From Lingula anatina (taxonomy: Eukaryota > Animalia > Brachiopoda), in assembly GCA_051362555.1 (NCBI GenBank), contig CM120642.1, forward strand, positions 16,368,001 to 16,432,000: a stretch of DNA of 64,000 bases, read 5' to 3'. The notes below the pieces were generated by a model. That model was not told where the DNA came from. It saw only the letters and a program-made list of their open reading frames with translations, and ran no database searches. Made by a program: the position numbers and the translations under genes. Positions 38,729 through 49,020 of this stretch are shown piece after piece. The number at the start of each line of letters is the position of its first letter. The stretch's first letter is position 1.

Positions 38729-39306
38729 TTCTGGACCAGTGACAACGTCCCGGAGTCACATTGGTGGTGGGTGTTGGGGGCGGTAGCTCCAAGTAATCTG
38801 GACCAGTAACCACGCCCTGGAGTCACATTGGTGGTGGTGGGTGGTGGGGGCGGTAGCTCCAAGTAATCTGGACCAGTGACAACGTCCCGGAGTCACATTG
38901 TTGGTGGTGGGTGTTGGGGGCGGTAGCTCCAGGTAATCTGGACCACTGACCACGCCTCGGAGTCACATTGTTGGTGGTGGGTGGTGGGGGCGGTAGCTCC
39001 AAGTAATCTGGACCACTGACCACGCCTCGGAGTCACATTGTTGGTGGTGGGTGATGGGGGCCGTAGCTCCAAGTAATCTGGACCACTGACCACGCCTCGG
39101 AGTCACATTGTTGGTGGTGGGTGGTGGGGGCGGTAGCTCCAAGTAATCTGGACCACTGACCACGCCCCGGAGTCACATTGGTGGCGGTGGGTGGTGGGGG
39201 CCGTAGCTCCAAGTAATCTGGACCAGTGACCACGCCCCGGAGTCACATTGGTGGTGGTGGGTGGTGGGGGCGGTAGCTCCAAGTAATCTGGACCATTGAC
39301 AACGTC
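38729..39306. repeat. 67-70-bp GC-rich tandem repeat, ~8 copies
   Basis: ggagtcacattg(ttg)gtggtgggtggtgggggcggtagctccaagtaatctggaccactgaccacgcc repeated; the ORF track shows a 70-nt stagger. Confidence 0.97.
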
Positions 39307-40764
39307 CTGCAGAATATTGAGACTGTTGAGGATCTGAAAGGTGACGAATGGCATGTCAAAATATTTTGTATGAATGATAAGGTTTTTCCACATCTGTGAC
39401 AAATTAAAAGAGCTTTTTACCTGTGAAAAATGAGCACTGAATTTGCTAGAGTAAATTGTAAATAGAAAACAAATGCCTGCACCGAGTGACAGGTCCCAAA
39501 CATTCTTAAAACAATTGTCTAAGACCTTGCACAAAATGCTCAGTTTGTTGGAGTTGCACTGATAAAAGATTTGTATTATCTATACAATGAATGACAATCT
39601 AGTTCATTTACCCTTATCCTGCCCCATAACTTACCTTGAATGCTCTCTAATCACAACTATTGAAGGGCTCTTGAAACACTATATGATATAGCTGACATGG
39701 CTTTCTCCATTTTAGCCTTGTTAACCTTGTTAAAAGGGACCGTCATCAGGACAGGCGCTCGCCAATGCTATCTGCCTCAACTACAAAATAAAAAATTATA
39801 AGTCAAAAGTTTCCCTCTTTACTTCTCCCACCCAAATCCAATCTACTAACCATAAATATCTTAATCCTAGGAGTGGGTCATGGGTAAAAGACATTGCCTT
39901 CTGAATGTGAGCTGTCAAATTAATGTGGCTAACGGTTTTTAGTTTTTCAAGGTATGAAAAATCACTTAAGTGTTTTGTTTTCCCCCAAAAACATGAGTGA
40001 TATGTACCTTTTAAGGCTTGATAGGTTTCCATCTCTGTGAAACGCCATATGCTTCTGATGCTCCCCCATGCAGCCCCCTAACATAGAGACCATGGCAGGA
40101 CTCAACCATGCACCAAGGATTGAATGTGACCCTCTTCTTGCACCTCTTTCAAAAAAGCGGGACTTTATCAAGAATTGCCCTAATTGAGTTCTGTAAATAG
40201 AAAGGAAAATTTGATTAGTTTTCAAAAATTGTATATCAAAAGCAGTCTGCAGCCAGAAAAATTGTTGGAATCGGTAGATTTTCAGAATGTGTCAATTTGG
40301 TGACATGGCTGTTAGATTTTTTCTATAAGTATGAAAAAGAGCTTTTGATTTATTTTAAATGTAACTGTTACATCATGATTCAAGAAAAATGTCAAGGTCT
40401 TGTTAATACAAATATTAATGCAATCCAGTCTAGTCCTATTGAACTTTGTATTCGAACCAGTGAATCAAGATTCAGACATCTATATCTAGTTTTTAGGAAA
40501 GAAGGTGGACTGAATGGCCAGTAGGGTGAAAAGTTTATGGCACAGACTGCTGCTGAAAAATTAATTTTAGTGTATTGTTCTCGCCAGTAACACGGGTTAC
40601 CTTGCAGGTTTTTCCGCCTCTGAGACACCATATGCTTCAGACGCTTCTCCAATGCAGCCTCTTCAACAGACCGTGGCAGGACTCACTGGCACCAAGGATT
40701 GAGGGATGTATCGGAAGTGTGCACGTGGCCCTCTTCTCCTTGCAGTTGCCATGAAACATTGGAC

Positions 40765-41138
40765 AGGACTCGCTGGACGCTTCCTAGTGCAGCCACCTCG
40801 TAGACAGACCATGGCAGGACTCGCTGGACGCTTCCTAGTGCAGCCACCTCGTAGACGGACCATGGCAGGACTCGCTGGACGCTTCCCCAGTGCAGCCACC
40901 TCGTAGACGGACCATGGCAGGGCTCGCTGGACGCTTCCCCAGTGCAGCCACCTCGTAGACGGACCATGGCAGGACTCGCTGGACGCTTCCCAAGTGCAGC
41001 CACCTCGCAGATAGACCATGGCACGACTCGCCGGACACTTCCTTAATGCAGCCACCTCGTAGACAGGCCATGACAGGACTCGCTGGACGCTTCCCCAGTG
41101 CCGCCACCTCGTAGAGAGACCATGGCAGGACTCGCTGG
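40765..41138. repeat. 52-bp GC-rich tandem repeat, ~7 copies
   Basis: c(a/c)gccacctc at 40790, 40841, 40893, 40945, 40997, 41049 and 41101. Confidence 0.97.
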
Positions 41139-41196
41139 CTCCAAGGGATGGTCGAAGTAGCTTAAGTGTAGATGTGGGGTGTCTCCTTGCAGTTGT

Positions 41197-42108
41197 GTCC
41201 TGTAAACAGAAATAAAAACGAGATTAGATTTCTTTCATTTCTCAAACTCCCCTTCCAAAAAGAAAAAAAGATTACATACCTTAAGGAGTGTAGTCGAAGT
41301 CCCACAGGTGGTGCCCATCATCTTCTACGTCCTGTAAACAAAAAATAAAAATGAGATTAGATTTCTTTCATTTCTCAAACCCCCCTTCCAAAAAGAAAAA
41401 AGATTACATACCTTAAGGAGTGTAGTCGAAGTCCCACAGGTGGCGCCCATCATCTTCTATGTCCTGTAAACAGAAATAAAAACGAGATTAGATTTCTTTC
41501 ATTTCTCAAACCCCCCTTCCAAAAAGAAAAAAAGATTACATACCTTAAGGAGTGTAGTCGAAGTCCCACAGGTGGTGCCCATCATCTTCTATGTCCTGTA
41601 AACAGAAATAAAAACGAGATTAGATTTCTTTCATTTCTCAAACTCCCCTTCCAAAAAGAAAAAAGATTACATACCTTAAGGAGTGTAGTCGAAGTCCCAC
41701 AGGTGGCGCCCATCATCTTCTATGTCCTGTAAACAGAAATAAAAACGAGATTAGATTTCTTTCATTTCTCAAACCCCCCTTCCAAAAAGAAAAAAAGATT
41801 ACATACCTTAAGGAGTGTAGTCGAAGTCCCACAGGTGGCGCCCATCATCTTCTATGTCCTGTAAACAGAAATAAAAACGAGATTAGATTTCTTTCATTTC
41901 TCAAACCCCCCTTCCAAAAAGAAAAAAAGATTACATACCTTAAGGAGTGTAGTCGAAGTCCCACAGGTGGCGCCCATCATCTTCTATGTCCTGTTAACAG
42001 AAATAAAAATGAGATTAGATTTCTTTCATTTCTCAAACCCCCCTTCCAAAAAGAAAAAAAGATTACATACCTTAAGGAGTGTAGTCGAAGTCCCACAGGT
42101 GGCGCCCA
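41197..42108. repeat. 132-bp tandem repeat x7; each unit is an ~80-nt intron plus a 52-nt exon on the - strand
   Basis: gtcctgt at 41197, 41329, 41461, 41593, 41724, 41856 and 41988. On the - strand each unit reads AG|GTATGT...CTAAT...tttttatttctgtttacAG|GAC. Confidence 0.95.
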
Positions 42109-45100
42109 CCAGTTTGCAGTCTGCTTCCTGGACCTGTAATAAAAAGAAACCTGGAAAGCATGGGAATATGCAATGACACTACGACTCCAGCCCACGACAG
42201 CAAAAAGGTGAAGTATCCTGCGAAGATGACCGAGCGACGATTCCTCGTGGGGAGAAGCGAAGATTTTAGCTGGCCAGCTAAGAGCAACGCCGAATCCACC
42301 GTCTAGACGTCTGCGTGTGCAGGGAACAATATGTCGAAGAGCGATGCGTTGACGTAGGATGAGTAGAAGATTCGGAGAAATGGGAGTCGACTCCCGTGTC
42401 CTTTGTGCTTGATACAGGGCGCAGCACATGGCATCCGTCCTGTTGCTCTAGATCTGTCCGCTGTTGAGTGAACGCACTTTTAAAATTTTGCGCTTTTATA
42501 CCTTTGTTGACGTATAGTCACATGTTGGCGTTCTTGTTGTCACCAATGGTCAACTTGTTCAAAGGGGATGGCCTTTGATAGTGATGCGCAAAGTTGGTAA
42601 TAATATCTTATCAACATATACATTTTCTTTTATATTTTATATTTTGATTATTCTGCCTGTCAGTTTGTTTATAATAAGAGTAATAAGTTCTAAGCAATGT
42701 CTGTGAAATGTGCAGGCAAATTTGATGAAAATTTCTGAGCAACATACCTTCTCCCTAAAATTTTTATAGGTACGATGTCCGTTAAGCTGGTAGCTGTGAA
42801 CTTCTCGCAGGCTACTTTAGTGTGCGTGTATTTGAACACTGATCCAAAATGTGGATAATGTAATTTGGCGTAGGGTGACTGCATTTTTGAGGCAGCCTGA
42901 GGGAGTATGGTTGTTCTGATTGTAGTGAATTGTAGAGAGACAATTGGAAGTACACTGGACTTAGCATGTTCAGTCACCCAAGTACTCTGAAACACATTTT
43001 GTAATCAGCTGACTTGTTATTCTGAAAAATGAAAAAACAAATTATATTGATTTACAAAACTGGAAGATAGAAGCAGTGGATCATATTACTTATGCCAGGC
43101 AGAAGAAACGACTGAATGTATATTTTTATATTCAAAACGTCTACTGATTTAGGTAATAATTAACAACTGACGTCTCCCTTCATGGCGTCGGGTTATCAGT
43201 ACTCCCACACCAGTAACATGAGTTATGAGTTGAGCAGAAACAGAAAAAGATTTTTTATAAAGTTAATGCAAGTACACTGTATATGTGTAGGCCCATTTAT
43301 CTTTTTTTATATTACTAAACGTAAGAATTGTTTGTCCAAGTGAAACTTTACTTACAACAGCCTAGCAACTAAATCTGACGTTTTAACGTCTCCGAAAATA
43401 ACTAGAATTTTTTGAATAACGCAATAATGCGGCCACCTTCGAGGTGTCGCCCGGTTTTTAAAAATTGAAAAAAGAAACTTTTCGGGGCGTCTTTTGTCGC
43501 GGGTCATTATTTTCAGTTGTTTGATTTTTTTGTAATATTTTAGCCATTGATAGAATCTTTAATTCAGTTACATCCACGATTAGCTAGACGAAATGGTGAC
43601 AGGGAAAAGTCAAATTTTTTAAACGGCAAAAACTGCATTCTCTTAGAAAGCAATTAGCAAACATTCATTACCAGGCACTGTGAAAAATTCAACAAAATTG
43701 TCAAAAATAAACGTGCATGTAGTAATAGCTATTTAAAGTAGTCTAATTTTTGTTAGTATTAAAAACGTGTAAATATTATCCACATAGGATATTTTTAGAG
43801 CCTTCGATATTTAAAATATTTAAACTTCCCATACTTTGAGGCATGCATGAGTCGGAAAATGTTTGCATAATTTCATAAAAAAACTAGAATTATCTCTTTA
43901 TGTGACCACAGTTTACTCATGTGCCTTACATCATTCCCTTAAACCCTTTCCCAATATCGATTTCAGATATTTTTGACACATTTTGTCTTCATCTGAATCA
44001 CGTAAACGTTATCAAGTGTCATAAGGCGTACATTATGAAAATATTTAGGTCTTGGAACGTGATTTGATGACTTTTTTAAATGCATATATATACAATTATA
44101 AATTTATAATTAAGTTATTTAATATCAAATTATAAGTTCTGACCGAGTTTTAAAATTTATTTTAGGAGGGGTAAAAAAACCCAACTCCATCTAATATATA
44201 TTGGATACATCCGTAGGCTTATGTCCTTAGAACTAGGCGTACAAAATGTGTCTTCTAGCTAAAGTTATTATTATGGTGTATGTGTAATTAAAAAAAAAAC
44301 TACGTAAGAGTGACAAAAGGTCATGTGTTTCGAATGCACCCCCACTCTCCGATCAGACATTACTTTTGTATAATTCACAGTCCATCTTCGTTGTAGTTTG
44401 TGACTTTACATCATTTCTTAGTGAAGCGGTGTTGTCCTCAATTTAACTTAAATGTCCAAATTACTAAGAAGAAACCACTTGCAAGAATTATAAGGCTTTT
44501 TATACTGCTAGGTCTATAGACGTGATACACACGATATTTTGCAACCCCACAAAATCTGTTTCTTAAAATTTTGGTTCCACCACAAAGCTTAGCACTATCA
44601 TTCTTTTTTGCTTTATTGATATATTTTCAGTACATAAATAACCATTGTCTGTTGCCCAATTTTGCACAAAATTAAGATAATCCCCAAAACCTCATTAATT
44701 GTGTTTCCTCCATCCCAAAAAATATTAAAAATTTCTCCTCATAATTTAGTAGTGCACTGGCATCTACACAGTACATAAATGTATCATTATAATAACATCT
44801 TGTTCTTACTGATAACATAATTAGCTTAATTCCATAACAATTCTAAAATGTTAATAACAATGAAAATTCAAAGTAGATGGCAAGATTCTTATTGTGCTGA
44901 TAAAGATAAAATATGTAAATTCAATACTGATTAGGTACTGTATACTGGCTCATTGAAAAAAGGGAACCGTTTCACAAAAAAATTAAGCTTAGACTGCTAA
45001 ATCTGGATAGCCAACTATACAAAGCCAACTTTGCGATATTGTCTTACAACTACAATTTTTTAAGAACGATTGGTCCACAGTTGATGAGTAGAATATACAT

Positions 45101-46353
45101 AAATGGGCTACTGACACCACTGCAAGTAAAAGACTTGCCAAGACAATCAAAATGTAAATCAAAGGAAAGTGAAAAGAAAGTAAAAAGACTGGAAAAAATG
45201 AGGCAAAATTGATAACTTGGTTAATGAGCGAACAATACTCTAGTTTTGATTAAATCAGAACTTTTCTTGCACCTATTTTTATTTTTGCCATTTTGTAAGT
45301 GAAAAAAGGGGAATAGGGGATTGGTGTAGTGAAAGCCCAACCTTAACCTTTGGATGCTATTCTCATTAAACATATGCATAAAAGACAAAATTTAGACCAC
45401 AAATAGATTCATGCAATCTACCAACCTTTTTTACAGTAAGTCATTGCAACTTATCAGTTATTTCTGACCTAGGCTATCTGTAAGATTCTTACAACTGTGA
45501 AGTGCAACTTAGCCAGCTAAGTCTTTATAGGCTCAGATTTTAGACTACAAACCAACTTCAAACATTTAGTAAAGCAAGTGCAAGGAATAGTTAGTTTGAA
45601 GGCTCTGCCTCCCCATAGGGTGAGAACAAACACACTCACACTGTATGATACATTACAGAAAACATTGGTTAAAAATATACTCTGGAATTTTACATTTTCA
45701 CTAGTATAGAATCAATTTGATTTCTAAAACTGACTTATTATAAAAATACTCCTGTCAATTTAAAACTTTTTCATAAAGCATATCTGAAATATACTGATAA
45801 AATGTTATTAAAAATATTAAAATTTGATATTCACAGATAAAATAGGCTCAAGTCAAAATGATTAAGACAATTATTGAAGCATTATTCAAACCCCAATTTT
45901 GATTATTTTCATACAATTAGTGATTCACAAGTTCTTTAACAGAGTTGCACCTAATCTGACTACATGATATCTATCAAAATCTCTCTAAAATCAAGTGACA
46001 AAAAATGCCCACAGTTTCAAGCACCATAAAATATGGCTTAAGTAAGTAATATCCTCAATTGTTTCATAATAAACGTCATGTCACTTGAATGTACCTTTCT
46101 CCAGAAAAAAAGATGAACTTGCAAGGTTTGATAAGTCTGCGTTTACAGGTAGATGTCATAGTTTAATATACATGAGGCAGCTTTATATCGTGGTCAACAA
46201 TATTATATTATATCAGTTTCTCTAGCCTCCATGTCTTATTCGTCATAATATTTTGATTTTCAAATTCAGGGTCCCCTAGTAAAAGATCTTGCATTTCCTC
46301 TTGATCACAGAAGAATCTGAGTTGAGAATACAGTTGAGAATACAGAGTTGAAA

Positions 46354-46459
46354 TTAGGCCTCTCCTCTCCACTCGGGGTCCTCTTGCAACTGAACCTGAC
46401 TGACATCCATGGTTACATCTTGAAAAATAATATATTCCCAAAAAAGTTTAAATGGTGCA

Positions 46460-46506
<47 letters not shown>

Positions 46507-48265
46507 TAAAATCAATAAATCTTGGACACATTACTTGTGGTACGTCTGAATAACACGACAGACAAGAAGAAAATAGTTGCTCTTGAAAATGGACTTTAAG
46601 TAATGAAAATGCAAGATGACAGCTAGTAGATAGTACATGTGCATGCAATTTATTTGAAATTCTGACTTTTCAGTCCTAATGATTTAGATTATTTATAGCC
46701 AATAATCTGAGAAAATAAAATATTCAACAGAGAAATTGATTGCAATAAATCCTGCTCGTACCTGACTGCTTAATATTCACTGCAGCAAACCTCTCTACGA
46801 CATCGTCGAGCTGATCAGTTGGGTCATCGTAATCACACGTGTACGCTTTATTCTCGAGGCAGTACTTAAATAAACTACACCAAAGAGAAGTTGAAAATAA
46901 AGAAAGAATTGCCTACTTTCTTTTGTCTTTCTGTATGGACTTTCATTCACAATAAAAGAAAGAATTGCCTAGTAGACACTATTTTGTCTGTCAGTTTGGA
47001 GTTTAATTTACATGTTTTTTAACTTTCCTTTTTTTTTTTCTATTTTTTTTCATTTAACAGTCTGTCTGAACTAAAACATGATATCTTTCTCTTTTTAATC
47101 TTTCTATCCTCTTTGTTTTTTTTTTTTGCTTTTTTTGTCAGTCTGTCTGAACAAACATTAAAAATTTAATTTATGAACTTTATTAAATCCTTAACATTTC
47201 TTTTTTTGTTGGTTTGTCTGTCTGTCTGAACAAGAGTTCTTAGAAACAATGAGATTAAATAAAGATTAAATAAAGGAAAAAAAATTTTGAACCTAACATG
47301 GCTGATTTGTGTTTGGTTTGAAAAAGTCTTATAATTTGATTGAACTTTTTTTGCTTACTGCTCAAATAAATTAAAATAATTCACTTCACCTGTTCCAATG
47401 TTCATCTTGCGAAAGAAGAAACGGATTCCCTACAACAATCAATAGGGCCTTTGCTCTTGTGATCGACACATTAAACCTCTGAAAAAAAAAATTAATCCCA
47501 CATGTAACTGTATGTGCGGGTGAACACTGAAGACAGTATAGTCTGAGACTAACTGTTCATATCTCTTCTGTGAATTCCGCATCACATGGCATAGTCTCTG
47601 CAGTGCCATAGTGGAAAGAAATGGTGATGAAAATAGTATGGACTATAGCTGTTTAAATAACCTTACATTTCAAAATATGTGTGTGCACATCCATATGTAC
47701 AAAGTCTTATGAATTATGTGTTCACGCATATACACATGCCACAGCACAATCATGGTAATGACACTATCTTTTCAATGGGCAAAAATTATCAAACTTTCAA
47801 ATGTATACCTTTATAAACACATAAAGTATATAGTATTAGTGGTACTCTTACTGCACAGATTAGAACTATAGAGTAGCTTACTTTTTTATTTTGTTGTGAC
47901 CATCCAAGAGGAATTGGGTAGGAGTATTAAAATTTTAAAAATTAATGGCCTAAAAAAATACCGCATCTGTAAAGTTCACGATTTCCCCTGTATTCATCAT
48001 GGAATAAGCTCTGTCATATTTCCCTCACTTGTTTTCTGTAGGGGGAAATAATTCCAATTTCATTCTGCAAGACTCGGATGCCTCTGGCCTCCAGTAGCAG
48101 GATGTGATCTGTAGTTTTTGAGGAGTTTTGTGAGGAGGAATGGGTTGTAATGGCCTTGACGTTGGTACAGTACATCTTGATCGTCGTCATCTGAGCCAGG
48201 ACTCGAACCACCCCTCTTCTTGTACACATCACAGTAGGTCATGTATCTTTCTAAAAGTGAGAGTC
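46354..48265 (-). pseudogene. MOV10: 5'-truncated, internally deleted MOV10 RNA helicase fragment (unprocessed)
   Basis: Exon 48029-48265 reads GLSLLERYMT...LLTKLLKNYRSHPA, fused out of frame to EIGIISPYRKQ. Then 47390-47478 (RFNVSITRAKALLIVVGNPFLLSQDEHW), 46762-46874 (LFKYCLENKAYT...) and 46354-46418 (...QEDPEWRGEA*, the MOV10-type tail). No upstream exons were seen before the HINE cluster and the IK 3' end. Confidence 0.88.
46461..46505. repeat. (TAA)n microsatellite; others include (CA)n 6330-6361, (GT)n 9011-9046, (CA)n 23250-23283 and (GA)n 58547-58582
   Basis: Directly visible simple repeats. Confidence 0.97.
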
Positions 48266-49020
48266 CTGTAAGACATTAAAATGATGAGACATTTCATATA
48301 CATGTATAAATATATAAATGAAGTTATTCTTTATCAAAGAAACTAAATAACTATGAGGTTCAAAAGGTTTTAATTTCACCATTATATGTACAAAAGAGAT
48401 GAAAGAGACATTTTGTCAATGCTTAAGTACAAAATCTCTACTACCACATGTAAAAGTATTTCAGTGTTTGCAATTTTACCAGAGCTTATAGAACTACCAA
48501 AAAAAAAAAAAAAAAAAAAAAATGACCCTTGTCAAAACCTAGTCCTAGTCAAAAGAAAGACTTTCTTTTGTCAAATTAAAAATTATTGAAGGAATAATTC
48601 TGGGCACATCCATAGCAGTAAAAATGTTTCATTAATTGCATTACTTTTTATTTTACTTAAATCTTAGAAGCAGAAATCACTGGTCAATAAAAAGCTTTTA
48701 GAATAAGACCTACATGTATATAATTTTACCAGACTCTCAAACACCTTTGTAAATATTATAGTTAATCATAGTACTTTTGTCCACAATTTTCAACTTCACT
48801 TTTCTTTTAGTCATAGTCTTATTTCATTTTTATTTAAGCCCGAGGTAGTAATGTTACTTCCCCTTTTAATGCATTTCATAACACATACACTCACACACAC
48901 TGGCAGATTAAAACTTTACTATTACTCATATTATCATTTTTATTATAATGGCTGTTGGGGGCATATTATTATAATTAAATATATTAAAAACTATTATAAT
49001 TATAATTATATATATTAAAA

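Larger units (their letters stand above)
37002..42470 (-). ncRNA. Putative multi-exon, repeat-built long non-coding RNA
   Basis: TATAAAA 42494-42500 with Inr-like TCACTC ~30 nt downstream. Co-oriented canonical exons 42071-42133, six 52-nt exons, 40601-41199, 40008-40190, 39635-39780, 38660-39306, 37970-38060 and a terminal exon from 37499; AATAAA at 37002-37007. The 52-nt exon consensus has stops in all three frames. Expression is not shown. Confidence 0.55.

Noticed and set aside
38553-39534. Staggered 66-aa Pro/Thr-rich ORFs
   Set aside because: Artefacts of a 70-bp (non-triplet) repeat with one stop per unit.
41280-41990. Stop-codon readthrough or selenocysteine coding of the 52-nt exons (DIEDDGRHLWDFDYTP)
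   Set aside because: The stop is TAA, the exon length shifts the frame, and the other frames also terminate in the consensus.
41200-42070. Mirtron or snoRNA in the 80-nt introns
   Set aside because: Only weak AU-rich pairing, and no clear C/D or H/ACA boxes visible by eye.
38729-42108. CRISPR-like arrays
   Set aside because: Units repeat in full with no unique spacers, there are no cas genes, and the context is eukaryotic.
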